DNA from: Hormiphora californensis | Lineage: Eukaryota > Animalia > Ctenophora | Length of the DNA stretch: 64,000 nt | Direction: 5' to 3' | NCBI GenBank assembly: GCA_020137815.1 | Contig: CM035360.1 | Span: forward strand, 2,046,001 to 2,110,000 | Part shown: one piece after another, positions 1-21,720 of the stretch | How the letters are laid out: every line of letters starts with the position of its first letter | How positions within the stretch are numbered: position 1 is the stretch's first letter | The notes under the pieces: generated by a model | Told to the model about the DNA's origin: nothing | Seen by the model: only the letters and a program-made list of their open reading frames with translations | The model's database searches: none | Translations under genes and position numbers: made by a program

Positions 1-129
1 GAACTTGTGATTCAATGGCCCCATGGGGATCACGTATCGGTTCGTTCCGAACCGTCTAATTAACAGCAGGACATGCGATTCACTAATTCGAAACACGATT
101 CGGACGTGGCTAGTATTCCTTTGAAAAAT

Positions 130-244
130 TTCAATTCACAAAAAAAATTCAAAAATAAATTCAAAAATATTTTTGGGGGAAAAAAATCGTGCCACTAAAT
201 CGGGGTGCCACTAAATCGGGGGCCACTAAATCGGGGTCCGACTG
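130..244. mobile_element. End of a Tc1/mariner-pogo-like MITE; second copy at 30770-30855
   Basis: Subterminal CCACTAAATCGGGG repeats ending GGGGTCCGACTG followed by TA. The same end recurs at 30770-30855. Confidence 0.55.
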
Positions 245-707
245 TATCTCTAAAACGGTTAATGATAGGCCATATAATGTTGATTCTTAAGTCTAATGTA
301 AATGCGGGAACACATTTTCTACTGGTCCCCTAAGGGAAATTGATCAAGGACACTATAACGAACACATTAGTAAAGAAATCAGCTGTTTTCATTGGTTTTC
401 TCGCCAAAGCCTTTACCGCCCCTAGCTATATCCTCGTTATCTCCGGTACTTCCGGAGTCTAGGTTCATGAATAAATTACAAAATTTTTGGACAAAATTGT
501 GTCATACATAATTTCAGAATTCAGTTAAGGTGCAGAGGATAACTATTCTTTTGGAACCAATCATTTGGAACCAATGTTGATATGTACAAAGAATTACATT
601 GAAGTAATTTAGTATAATTAAAAACTCATGAAACAAAATATATAATTGTCCATCACTCCCGGTATTTTATTGCATCTTTTATATATCACACATTCTTTAT
701 TAGTCCT

Positions 708-8130
<7,423 letters not shown>

Positions 8131-8555
8131 TGCATAAATCCTGGCTATGATGCAAAACGTTTTTTAGCGTAACAAACCGTTGTGATCAAATAAGTCTTTC
8201 TAGAAGCTCTCATAACTGCTCCTGAAGATATCAAAACGACTAAATGTATGCTGAGAACAACTAAATGCGTGTCGAGAGTAATAGAACACACAACCCTCAC
8301 AGGGAGCTGTGTGGTAGTACACACATCACATGGACGACTTGAAGCGGGAGCTAAATGTGGTGTTGCTCCTCTTGGGTGTGTTATCATTTGAATAATTTGG
8401 AACCAATACAAAGAACTGCACATCGATTTAATTCAATTAAAAAACCAAGGAACAAAGTATATGATAGTCCATCACTCCCAGGATTGTTTTACATTCTTTA
8501 TGTATCGCATATAATATATTCTTTATTGGTCCTTTTAAGTTCAAGACTGTATGGT

Positions 8556-11160
8556 TCAATAAAGTTCAATTTCACCATCTTTCCACTGTTGAATCCTGTT
8601 CAAATCATCCTCATAACCAAGATATCTGAACAATTTTTTTATGAAGGAGCAGTTAGTAATTTTCGTTTATAAAGGAGCACTAATAATAAAGTACCTAATG
8701 AGGTCTCCACAGGCATTTGTGACATTTGTAATGAAATCCATTCGTAGCCCTTTCCACTTGCTCACTTCTTCATGTGAAACTCGATTCGTTCCAAATGAAC
8801 CCATGTTATGATGATCTGGGGTAGCTAAAAAGTTGTAATTTTTTTCCGTAAATGGCAAAAATGTGTTTTTCTGAAATTTGGATACACTCATCTCGAAACA
8901 TACCGATTGTTGAATTGTAGACTTTTTCTGCTATCTCCTCTGTCCAGGGTAGACCAACAAAGTCGTACAAAGATTTTGCAGTTTCAATCGGATGTAGGGA
9001 CAAGTGTTCGTGAGTTATCCGTTTGTACCTGGGCATGAGTTAAGAGGTTTGACCGTGTCTTATATCGAGAAGGTTAGGTTCTTTTTTCCGCGCCCGGGTG
9101 AATGCCGAAGGCATTCAGCCGGATGCCTTTTTTGAAATCACTTTTTGGATTCGTCTTTAAAGCTGATTCAGAAATGCTCTGTGCCTCATTTGGATATGAT
9201 ATGTACACGGTCAGACGCTAGAATTAGTGTAAAACCTCCTATTTTGCCCATTTTTGGTGAGGTTTGGTTACCTTCCTTTCAGCCAGGCTGGAGGGTTATC
9301 TCCAAATATTGAAGCGTTGAGCATCCTCTTACAGATAGTTTTCGATCGAGATACTAATACTTCCTGCAATAGATTTTTTTTGGGTCGGTGCTGAGTTTTC
9401 CCGACGCTATTTGGGTTCTAAAATAAAGCAATAATTCCAAACCTACCCCTGGATCTACCCTCCAGCTGCTGTGAATTCCATCTATAGAACCAAAAACTCC
9501 TCTGTTTCGTGAATGTATCAGGGGTCTGGGGTCCCTTACCAAGTGTATTACCCGGATATCGTAATTTGGATCCGTCATCTAAACAAATACTGGTATTGGC
9601 AGATCAGGCTGTATCGCGGTAGTAGGGCACGCTTTGGCATTATAGGGGTAACTTCGCTACCAGTACAAATGATTACAGTCGAGCAGCCCCACTGGGGCTT
9701 TTTGCACTCCTTGGTGCTACAAGCTGGCACACTTACTATGGGTTCCAGATACTCCAAATGCCAAAAATAAATGGTCTTAGCAACACGAAACGTTGTTTGT
9801 TGGCAGAATTTCTCAATTCCTTCTGTGGTGCAGGTTATGTTCTCACAATCCAACTTATACGTTTTATAAACTCCTGGAATAAAATGACGTGTCAGTTTTT
9901 AGTTCGCATACATACATTTTTGCCTGGCTAGACTGTGTTTCAAATGTAAAGGGAGGGTTAGAACATAGCAAGTTGATTTACCGGGCACCCCAATTTCCTG
10001 GGCAAATGGCTTCTCCCGAGGGTACCGGTCAACTCAGGCCCGACTGTAAGTGATAATTCAAGAATATTTCTTACCCTGTCAGGCCAATGCTCTGACAGTT
10101 CTTACCTAACACATGTATGTTAGAAGCAGTGAAATTACATTTCCATAAGTTACTCAGAATCTCTTGTTGACATTGGCGGGTCCGGTCCTGAAAAATGTTT
10201 TTCATACCAATACCTATTATTATGACTATTGAAAGGGTCAATGCATTATATTATATTAGCTGACGTATACGTGTACTATGCTATCGGGCATAGTAGGTAT
10301 GAGCTGAGACTGGTGATTGATGAAGAAGTATAGTAGTTTTGTTTCGAAAAACTATTATTACTATACCTCGCTTTCATCACAGCCTTTCTTCCTCAATTGG
10401 TGTGATACTTTGAGCGGTTCAAATGTTAGATGTGTATCAGTCCTGCAATTCAGAATGGAAAAACGCAATTAAATAGCAATATGCCGCTTCATAAGTATAT
10501 GTCTGGACTTAAAACGTGTGTAAGGCGAATGGGTACGCCCAAATTTAAGGGCTTTTGATAACTTGTTTCGACGTAGAGAACAACAAACCTGTGCCAGAAA
10601 AATGAGCCAAGCCAAGTTGAACCTGACCGGCCTTCAGTCATCAGCAAAACTTGGACTGGTTTCCTTGTTTCTGAAGGATTTGATAACAACTCAGACTCAT
10701 CCCCATCATTTTCTGAAGAATTTGATAACATCTCGGACTCTTCCTCGTCGAAAAACTGTCCATCCTTTGGTTCGGCTGAAGTAGTCCCCTTATACGGTAG
10801 TGGGTTGGTAGTATGACTGCTAGCAGTTGGTCGTTCTTTCTCCAAGCTAATCGTGGAGTTTGTAGACTTCTTATCGCCCCCTACACGATCTAAAAAATCA
10901 CACCTCCATCAAATGTAGTTAAAAGGTACTTTCCATGAGAAACTACGACTCTAATTATATTGGGCTATCTTGCAGACAGCTAGTAGTATGTGGTTACTTA
11001 CTTCTAAGATCCAGTCGATTAATTGCAAGTTGGTAGGCTCGGCTTTCCTTACCGAAACTAAACAGCAAAACAAGTAACACGACAGAAACCTGGAAAAATG
11101 AACGACAAATAGTATTGCATAAACCCTGGCTATGCATAGCCATGATTTATGCACTTTCAT
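8556..11160 (-). CDS. Carbohydrate sulfotransferase-like gene, paralog B
   Basis: Spliced N-terminus MKVHKSWLCIAR|VSVVLLVLLFSFGK (TM anchor), then EGRSGSTWLGSFF, HLTFEPL, RVAKTIYFWHLEYL, VIHLVRDPRPLIHSR, YKRITHEHLSLHP and terminal YLGYEDD...ELY*. Confidence 0.85.
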
Positions 11161-11656
11161 GGTGCAAAGAAACGTTTTCTTAGCGTAACAAACCGTTGTG
11201 ATCAAATATGTCTTTCTAGAAGCTCTCATAACTGCTCCTGAAGATATCAAACAACTAAATGCGTGTCGAAGAATAAAATGCAAGCCTCACAGGGAGCTGT
11301 GTAATACACGGCACTTGGAGGACCCCTTGCTCATCATCAACTTGAAGCAGGCTCCCAACGGGGTGCTATACATGTAGACAATAGAGAGACCCTCTCTATT
11401 AGAGGGTATCCGGTAAATAATATGGTCCGTGTGGGCGGTATAAAGGAAGGGTCCTTTATCTCTCTAGAATTTTCACAATATTTTGGACGTTGGTATGGGC
11501 ATTGGTTATGCCGATGTGTACAGATATTTGGAAGCAATGTTAACACAAGAACTGCAGCAGTTTTTAGCTTAATATAAAACCCAAAAAACAAAATATATAA
11601 TAGTCCATCACTCCCAACATTGTTTTAAAATCACAATTATTGCATTTGTGATAATA

Positions 11657-13295
11657 CACGGTGCACCAGAAGGATCGTCAACCCAAAGTTGAGCCCGCAA
11701 AACAAACTTTTGTTGGGGGTGACCCAGGAGGCCTTCCTGAACATCCCCACGGTGAGAAAAGTATATGTTATCGGGGAAAATTTTTGTCAAAATCGAAAAA
11801 ACTGGTTTTTGGTCCAAATTTGTGCATAACTTACTTGACTGCCGTTTGATGAAATATCTGATTGACATAAAATAAGTACACAAGACCTATTTTTGCACGA
11901 GGAATCGATTGCCGGTGGAGAAAAATCTCTAAAATGACCGGAAAATTGTCAAATATGGGAATTTTGTCATTTTTTTGAGGTTTTTGGCCCTTTAACCATT
12001 GAAAACGTTGAGATAGGAATTTGGCAATAGCGCCAATCGTTAAAATGGTCATTTTTCTACGCGATCCCAAAATTTCATGTATATCCGATTCATGGTTAGA
12101 TTTTGGCAAACTATTGAGATGTGCTTACTGAAAAAAGGATAACTTGATTTTCTCGTTTTTTGCGATTTTTTAACTTTTGAAAGAATTCCTATTGAAATGG
12201 CCAATCAGGGCCATGCTAAAGTTGTTTATGGGACAATTTTCGACCAAAATCCAAGATTTCATGCAAATCCAATGACAGATCATTGATTTATAGAAAGTTG
12301 AAATAGGCAAAAAAGGCCAATTTTTACCATGAAAACAAAAATACACATTTTTTCTTGTCAATTTCCATCAACAACTGGTACCCTACCTATTTTTTGCACG
12401 TAGAATCGATTGCCGGTGGAGTGGATCCTCTTAAATGATTGGAAAGCGGTCGAAATGTCATTTTTTGGAAGTTTTTGGACCTCCAACAAATGGCATTTCG
12501 ACCGCTTTTCCAATCATTTAAGAGGATCCACTCCACCGGCAATCGATTCTACGTGCAAAAAATAGGTAGGGTACCAGTTGTTGATGGAAATTGACAAGAA
12601 AAAATGTGTATTTTTGTTTTCATGGTAAAAATTGGCCTTTTTTGCCTATTTCAACTTTCTATAAATCAATGATCTGTCATTGGATTTGCATGAAATCTTG
12701 GATTTTGGTCGAAAATTGTCCCATAAACAACTTTAGCATGGCCCTGATTGGCCATTTCAATCGGAATTCTTTCAAAAGTTAAAAAATCGCAAAAAACGAG
12801 AAAATCAAGTTATCCTTTTTTCAGTAAGCACATCTCAATAGTTTGCCAAAATCTAACCATGAATCGGATATACATGAAATTTTGGGATCCCGTAGAAAAA
12901 TGAACATTTTAACGATTGGCGCTATTGCCAACTTCCTATCTCAACGTTTTCAATGGTTAAAGGGCCAAAAACCTCAAAAAAATGACAAAATTCCCATATT
13001 TGACAATTTTCCGGTCATTTTAGAGATTTCTCTCTACCGGCAATCGATTCCTCGTGCAAAAATAGGTCTTGTATACTTATTTTATGTCAATCAGATATTT
13101 CATCAAACGGCAGTCAAGTAAGTTATGCACAAATTTGGACCAAAAACCAGTTTTTTCGATTTTGACAAAAATTTTCCCCGATAACATATACTTTTCTCAC
13201 CGTGGGGATGTTCAGGAAGGCCTCCTGGGTCACCCCCAACAAAAGTTTGTTTTGCGGGCTCAACTTTGGGTTGACGATCCTTCTGGTGCACCGTG
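11657..13295. mobile_element. 1.64 kb near-perfect palindromic non-autonomous transposon, Chapaev/CMC-like
   Basis: Termini CACGGTG...CACCGTG with a 4-bp TSD AATA (11653-11656, 13296-13299). Arms of ~810 bp centred near 12476. Absent at the paralogous site ~670-690. Confidence 0.8.
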
Positions 13296-13326
13296 AATAT
13301 ATATCAGACAATCTTTAATTAGTCCT

Positions 13327-14582
13327 TTAGAAAAGATCAATTAAACCTTTCTTCCATTGTTGAATCCTATCCAAATCATCCTCATATCCAAGGTATCTGA
13401 CGATAAATAGTTTTATGAAGGAGCAGTTATTTTATAAAGGAGCATTTATTACAGTCGATATAAGATCGTTGCTCACCTAATAACATCCCTGCAAGTGTTA
13501 GTAATAGAAGTTATGAAGTCCATATTTAGCTTTTTCCATTTGCTGACAACCTCTGTTGACACTCTATTAGTTCCAAATTCACCATCGCCCTGATCAACTG
13601 CACTTCCTGTTTATAAGAAGAAAAAGGCGTTAAAACAACCAAATACTACTGCTATTTTCACCAGAAGGCATCCTTGACTATTACCATTATATTATTAAGA
13701 CATACCAATTGTGGAGTTATAAATGTGCTTTTCAGTCTCCTCTGTCCAGGGTAGGTCGACAAACTCGTACAAAGATTTTGCAGTTTCAATCGGATGTAGG
13801 GACATGTGTTCGTGAGTTATCCGTTTGTACCTGGAATATGGGTTTGAGTTTAACTATTTTTGGCATCCATCCAAATGATCGTTTTTAAGCGCGTTTGCTA
13901 AAAATATCTTACAGATTTGAAATAGTAACTCGAGTGACGAGCGTTTTCAAAAAAGGGTAACGTCACGTCAGCGCATAGTATTGATAAGGTTTGCTTACCT
14001 TCCTTTCAGCCAGTCCGGAGGGTTATCTCCAAATGTTGAAGCGTTGAGCATCCTTGCACATACAGTTGCCGATTCACTTGCTAGTTGCTGAAGAGAGGGA
14101 AGCAAATTGTTTTACCTTTTTTGGTATCTAAATCTGTCGAATCAGATTATATTATGGCTTCTTGAGGTGACACTTATTTGTCGGGTAACTATTTCCTATG
14201 GTTATGACAAGTAATAAAATCTGCCACATTTCTTGTGTGTATGGGTGTCAGTCATCTGTCTATCGATTAGTATGGTATGATAATATGCCACACATTTAAT
14301 AATGGTCGCTGAGCGATATCATATGCATGTAAGCAGGATCGTACTTAATGAACAGTTCTTAAAGTGTTCACCGGGCCTAACCTGGAAACATTCAGGCGGA
14401 ATGTGATTTTACAAACAGTTTTGTTTGATTTTGTGATGCTTAAAAGTTACGGGGTGTAATGAGACAAAGGCTGCTATATATTATAATTTACGGTGGTCAT
14501 AGAGGAGGGTAAATACTCTATTGACAGACTGTCATATTTACTTGCTATTACCCCTCTCTCTAGTCTCTGTGCATATCTCTCT

Positions 14583-14670
<88 letters not shown>

Positions 14671-17600
14671 GGTGCTGATCCGCGTGTACCCTCTTCTTTT
14701 TTCTCTCTCCTTTACCACCGCCTTACCACCTCGTATGTCATATAAGGGACGGTTATTGTACATTAACTTTAAGTGTGGGAGTGGTCTCAATACTACTATA
14801 GATGTAAAGTACTTGGGGACATTTCATGGAGTCTATATAGCAGATAGTCGAGAGATATATGATGAAGTGTTCACTATCTAGATAGCCATTGTTGGAGAGA
14901 GAACAATAGATTATGTAAAGAATGAACACAATGAAAAAGTATGTATAAAAGTACAGCTTCTACTTGTGCAGCAGAACTATTCACTATTGACCCACCACCG
15001 AGTATTTAATTGTTTGTTTCGTCAGTTCTACAACTATACATAATTATCACGGACAGACATGAGTGTGTACGGGAGCAAGAATATAATAGCTTTGAAAATG
15101 TCAGAAGTCAGGGCACTGTTAGTGCAATGATCGACCACCAACAAAAGAAAACCACATACCTCATCTGTATAGCCCTCCTTTGGGTGCGGATGAATTCCGT
15201 CTAGAGATCCAAACCAACCAGCTTTCCGGGAGTTAACCAGAGGGCGAGGATCACGAACCAAATGAATGACTCGAATATCATAGTTTGGGTCCGTTATCTG
15301 ATATCATGTGGGAAAGCATTGGTTTTACTTGTCTCATCTAAGACTGTCCTCTGTGTACCGGACCCAAGGCGGCGCCTGGTGCGGCTAAGTGAGGACATGG
15401 ATGCAGTCTTACCCCAAAGGGTCTACTTAGATGTCACGCTTCTACTCTTCTCTCACTTTAATCTCAACATGTCTCTCATTTTCTGAAACCCCAAAACTAG
15501 GATTTTAAGACCCTGAAAAGTGCCTAACACGCCGTGTGTTCAGATTTGCTCAACCGTGCGCCCCGAAAAATAAAAATGATTTGAACAAGACAAAACTTAC
15601 CAAAGGTTCCAAGTACTCTAGATGCCAAAAGAGGATAGTTTTAGCCACACGGTGAGTGCTTTGGAGGCAATTTCTTTCTTTTCCTTCCAACCGGCAATTC
15701 CCATTGACACAATCCAATGCGTAATTAGTATACCTTCCTGAATTAATTAGTAATAATTAACTTTCATGATAATTAATTCGTTTATTTACTGACAGTATAC
15801 CACCACTACTAAGTTGTATACGGTTGTACAACATGTACCCTGGTCCCTGTAATACACTCAATTTAGCTATTCATGACACCTTTTTGATATAGAAAAATAT
15901 TCAATGCACATATATTATCTGGCTATCTGGTTGTAACATTTTATGAAATATAACTTATAAGCAATTAGGGACATGCTTGCTGCCACAAAGTCTCGTCAGT
16001 TCCTCTGTGACCAAGAGGCATGATCCCTCTATGATTCATTAAAATCTGTTGCAATCCTAGTATACTGATCACAGTTACTAAACTACTACAGCTGCCCCCC
16101 CCCCCCCTGTTGCTACTATAATAAACTTACTAGAACTGTCCCCCCCCCCTAAATAATTATGTCACCTCCCCCAGTAGTGAAAGAGCGGCTCAAATCCTGC
16201 GCTGTGATTGGCTGAAATCTCCCTGATTGGCTGAGATCTCCCGTGCAGGAAATTTCAGCCAATCACAGTGCAGGATATGAGCCACGTGTGTGGGAAAAAC
16301 CGTAAGAGCTTCCACTACAGATCAATTTGCATTACCCTCTACTAAAAGTGAATCCTTTATTACTTTCAGTACATCACATCTATATGAGCAACCCTGTATA
16401 GGTGTCCAAAATGCTCTTTCGAGAATCGAATAATCTATTTTTGTCCTCCCCTCCCCTCCATTCCCTGTCTACTACTCCACGCCCCTCTGACGTGTATCCC
16501 CCCTTCGTCTAATGCTGCTAGGTGCATGTTGCAATTCTATAATTATACAGTAGGTGTATCGAGATCATGGTGGCTGGGCCAATACATGATTATGTGTATA
16601 ATCAGCAAGCATTATACATGTTTAGTTCTAACTAGTCATTTCATGAATTGTCAATGTCTGCCAGTCTCATTTATTATTCGGGTTTACCCTTATATTCATT
16701 TGAGTAGAAGGTCATATCATTAAAACAGTTATACATATTATAATGGAGCCATTTCTAAAACATACCTAAAACGGTTAGGTTTGAGGTGTGGAAGTCACAT
16801 TTCCAAAACTCTCCCAATATCTCCTGGTGGCATCTTCTAGTTTCGTCCTGAAACAAATAGGTGTCTTGATTGCGGTAGAATGAGTAATTGGACAGTTTTT
16901 GGAACTAAATTTAGAGGACATATATAGCGCTCCTGATTTAAGATTTTCGTGGATCAGAGTTGTTATGCGATGTTCTAACCCTCCTTTACCGGGCGGCACG
17001 GGGAGGGAGCAGGGCTGGCTCCAGGGGGGTGATGCGGGGGGAGGGAGGCTCTCAAACGACGAACATGGCTAGATTAGAGTTATGTAGCTTATCACCATGC
17101 TAGGTTTGGGAGGAAGCAGACGCAATGTATGTAGTTATGTAGTTTCGAGGTTTTATAGTACAAATAGCTCTTCATTTACTGGGCAATTTGCTGTGGAGAT
17201 TCTATACTAAAATCTGTAACCTGAATTCCACTCACCTCACTGTCAAAACAGCCTGCTTCCTTCATTTTATTAGTCCGATACAGCGGCTCGAATGTATAGT
17301 AGGTATCAGGTCTGCGAATTATCACTATTACAAATTGTAAGCTTGGTAGTAGTGTAGAAAGGCAGGGGCTTGCTAATGTTATTGAAAAAGTCTATTAACT
17401 TCCTAGTCCAAAAACGTTGGACAGCAAAAATTAATTTGTCTGGCCCGTGTGAGCTACTCCGGCAAGTAGTGGGCGATGTGGATAGGAGGTACACACATGT
17501 CCAAAACACATACCTCTTCCAGAAGAATGAGCTGAGCCAAGTTGAACCTGACCGGCCTTCAGTCATCAGCAAAACTTGGACTGGTTTCCCTGTTTCTAAA

Positions 17601-18700
17601 GGATTAGGCAAAATATGATACTCTTCATCTTCTGAAGTGTTAATTGGCAACATTTGTTCCTCTTCATTCTCGAAAAACTGTTCTTCCTTTGGGCCTGCTG
17701 CAGGAGGGGACGTAGATGCACCTGTAAAAGCAAGATCACTTGAATGCTATGGTAACCTATGGTTACACCTCCCTTGAATGCTATGGTAACCTTGGTAACC
17801 TTGGTAGCGATGTTACACCTCCCGGCACGTGAAGGAGTGGTTATTTCGTAACCAAATTGTAACCCGGGATGCTTGATGCTTGAAAAATGAAATGTAATGT
17901 TTCCCATAACCCGGGATGCTTGATGCTTGAAAAATGAGATGTAATATTTCCCATTATAACCCGGGATGCTTGATGCTTGAAAAATGAAATGTAATGTTTC
18001 CCATAACCCGGGATGCTTGATGCTTGAAAAATGAGATGTAATATTTCCCATTATAACCCGGGATGCTTGATGCTTGAAAAATGAAATGTAATGTTTCCCA
18101 TAACCCGGGATGCGGATGATATTCCCATCACTGACCATTGATATCTTCTTCTGTACCCCCCACATCATCCAACGGAGGAATGGTTGGATTTATTGATGAC
18201 GTATCGTAGTTTATTTGACTGTAAAATGTAGCGAAATCGTCGGAGGATATTGACATCGTATAGATAACTAGTAGGAGAGTGCACGCAACCTGAGGAGTAA
18301 CAATGTGGTTTTGGAGGGGCCGGAGGAGTAACAATGTGGTGTTACAGGGGCCGGGGGAGTAACAATGTGGTGTTGCAGGGGCCGGGGGAGTAACAATGTC
18401 GTGTTGCAGGGGCCGGGGGAGTAACAATGTCGTGTTGTAGGGGCCGGGGGAGTAACAATGTTTGGTATCGAAGACACCTCACACTCAGGCCGCATCGCGG
18501 CCTTCGTTTGGTGCGCTTTGCGCACCGGCAAGGGAGGGGTAACTTCGTTACCAATAACAATGTCGTGTTGGCCGGGGTAATTGCGATAATTGCTTATGGT
18601 GGGGGCGGCAATGATCGAAAATTCAAATCTCAACGAGCAGATTTTGAAAGTGTTTACTCACTATGGCGATAGTCATGATGCGACGTCTCTGGGGACCCAT
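13327..18700 (-). CDS. Carbohydrate sulfotransferase-like gene, paralog C (~12 exons)
   Basis: MGPQRRRIMTIAI|VACTLLLVIYTM (type II anchor, exon 1 at 18700-18662), EGRSGSTWLSSFF, YYTFEPL, RVAKTILF, VIHLVRDPRPLVNSR, DNPPDWLKGR|YKRITHE and YLGYEDD...DLF*. Confidence 0.85.
16173..16318. mobile_element. Small hairpin MITE in an intron of paralog C
   Basis: Inverted arms GCTC..ATCCTGC.CTGTGATTGGCTGAAAT. Missing from the equivalent intron of paralog A (~6870). Confidence 0.55.
17860..18112. repeat. Intronic minisatellite, ~46-50 bp alternating units (AACCCGGGATGCTTGATGCTTGAAAAATG...)
   Basis: About five and a half copies visible. Confidence 0.9.
18290..18462. repeat. 31-bp intronic minisatellite abutting a splice acceptor
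   Basis: GGAGTAACAATGT(G/C)GTGTT.CAGGGGCCGG repeated 5-6 times. Confidence 0.9.
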
Positions 18701-19026
18701 TTTATCTGTATTTAGTAATGATTCACCCGAGAGATGATGTGACGTACTATTGTTTTAAACTGCGTTAGCGTAGCAAACCCCTTCAACCCCCAGAGTATAA
18801 CTGTCACAAATTAATCCACGTCACAACTAGGCAGGTCAGCAGAGTAAACTATAAGTGAAGAGATGGCTATTGTGAACTATGCAGTGCAGCAGTGTGTGCC
18901 TCCAACCGCATAGGATGATGTACGGAGATGGCTTTAGGTTGAGGGAGGGAGAGAGAGAGATATAGCTTTATTTTGAGAAAGAGAGATGAAAGAGGTGGCG
19001 TGTAAAGCTTGGGAGAGAGAGGGTAG

Positions 19027-19176
<150 letters not shown>

Positions 19177-19494
19177 GAAGAAAGGAGAAAGGAGAAAGAA
19201 AGGGAAAGAAAGAGTGAGAGAGACAGAGACAGAGGCAGGGGGAGACACACCCACATACGAAAAGGGTGCATGGGTCTATTCCCCGTCTATTCAGGCCCTA
19301 GAAATGAATATATTAATATTATCCGGACAATTTAAACAATCATAAAGCACAAGATAATGTATTAATCCCGAATTATCAAACAATTAATTCACAATAGCAG
19401 TGTGTTTAGCAGTGTTTAACACACTGCCAGTAAATATATGGCTCATAGAATGGTGTGCATTTCGGGTATATACCATGATAGCACACGGTCAAAA

Positions 19495-19678
19495 TCCCAG
19501 TATGGAGGGGGTTGTGATGAGGAATACAGAGAAAGGGTGCTCCCAGTATGGAGGGAGAATGAAGAGGAATACAGAGAAAGGGTGCTCCCATTATGGAGGG
19601 AGAATGAAGAGGAATACAGAGAAAGGGTGCTCCCATTATGGAGGGAGAATGAAGAGGAATACAGAGAAAGGGTGCTCG
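19495..19678. repeat. 45-bp tandem repeat x4; a separate 30-bp repeat x3 lies at 20040-20137
   Basis: GAGGAATACAGAGAAAGGGTGCTCCCA.TATGGAGGGAGAATGAA units. Confidence 0.9.
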
Positions 19679-20388
19679 ATAAAACGAAGATATATGTAGT
19701 GAGAGAAATGGCCGCAGTATATTGCGGGGGGTATAAATGGGGGTAAGGAGGGTGTATGAAGGGGGCATGAAGAATTTAGGGGAACATGCCAGGCCATGCA
19801 ATGATATTGTGTTCAGTAACCAACAACAATTGTAACAGGGTCTACCATTGTTGTTAGACAACTGTATGTCTGTGGTTAGATTGTGTATTTGTTATGGGAA
19901 AGGTGACACTGATGCCATGATAGATTGTGTGTGTGTGTGATTTAAAACATCCTATCAGTGACATTTCTAACCGAACCCTTACCACTTGTAACCAAACCTA
20001 ACAATCACCCTTTGTAACCATCTGTGGCCATGCCCCCTCCTTACCCTGACCGCTTCTTTACAGCCCTTTCTAACCCTACCCGCTTCTTTACAGCCCTTTC
20101 TAACCCTGCCCGCTTCTTTACAGCCCGTTCTAACCCCGATTTCTCCCCTCACCAGAGTTAGAATACAGACTATCGATTCGGGCGGACAGACAGGCACTGA
20201 TCGACAGAGGGGTGCTAAAATCTTACGACTGTAAGTAACCTAATATGTTTTTCTTGGAAACATTATTAATGCAGCTTTTGTTTGTGCCGCCATGCCGCAA
20301 AAGACAGTCTGAAAAATCAACCTCTTTTGCTTATGCAGCAATTAGCATGATAATGTCGGCATAATGCATCAAACATAATACATAGTTA

Positions 20389-21392
20389 TAGTAGGGACAA
20401 ATCTTAATTTTTTGACTCACTATTTGGTGGAAAGCAAATTCCGGTTGTAACCCACCTATTTTGACCCGCTGAACACGATCCCGTTCATAGGCAAGCTCGC
20501 AAAAGTGGAGAAAATGCCCAAATCGGCCACGCCCTTTTACCTGTATTTTCAGCCTGTAGCCAAAAACATAAATCCTCTTAGAATAGGAGTAGAGACAAAT
20601 CTGAGGGCACTAAAGTGATCAGCGCCCTCGCATTAGTGGGGGTAGGTGCTGGAATTAAGTCTCTATCTCATCTGGTTAATTAGATAATTGGATAATTAGG
20701 TTTGCGCATAACCGTTTTTTGGCTATATGGCTATAGCCACTTAGGAATGGTTTAGAGACTTTTCACTGGCGCCATTTTGTAGGCAATAGCCAAGTTATGG
20801 GGGGTCGACGTCGGACTTTTAAGCTCTATCTCCAACCGTTTAGCCGTTATTGGGCCTAAACGATGCTCAAAATCGGGCTTTTTACCGTTTTTCGCTCATT
20901 TTGAGCATCGATTTAGCCCAATAACGGCTAAACGGTTGGAGATAGAGCTTAAAAGTCCGACGTCGACCCCCCATAACTTGGCTATTGCCTACAAAATGGC
21001 GCCAATGAAAAGTCTCTAAACCATTCCTAAGTGGCTATAGCCATATAGCCAAAAAACGGTTATGCGCAAACCTAATTATCCAATTATCTAATTAACCAGA
21101 TGAGATAGAGACTTAATTCCAGCACCTACCCCCACTAATGCGAGGGCGCTGATCACTTTAGTGCCCTCAGATTTGTCTCTACTCCTATTCTAAGAGGATT
21201 TATGTTTTTGGCTACAGGCTGAAAATACAGGTAAAAGGGCGTGGCCGATTTGGGCATTTTCTCCACTTTTGCGAGCTTGCCTATGAACGGGATCGTGTTC
21301 AGCGGGTCAAAATAGGTGGGTTACAACCGGAATTTGCTTTCCACCAAATAGTGAGTCAGCCACTTCTTTTTATAAGAGATTCGTCCCTACTA
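20389..21392. mobile_element. 1.0 kb foldback element (TAG...CTA, TSD TTA; Academ-like), copy 2
   Basis: TSD TTA at 20386-20388 and 21393-21395. Inverted arms centred ~20885. Inner core shared with copies 1 and 3. Confidence 0.8.
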
Positions 21393-21477
21393 TTAATACA
21401 GTGAATTCAATGATTTTTGTTTTCGTTTGTCACTTCCCTTTTTGTCTCTCTGTTTCTCTCGCTTTGTCTAGCCTCCG

Positions 21478-21559
<82 letters not shown>

Positions 21560-21609
21560 GTTAATAAATCTCCCATAAAAGGCATGATGATCACCCGCCA
21601 AGACCATGC

Positions 21610-21720
<111 letters not shown>

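Noticed and set aside
11608-13311. Mirror-image ORF pairs on opposite strands
   Set aside because: Artefact of the palindrome; no transposase or other domain recognisable.
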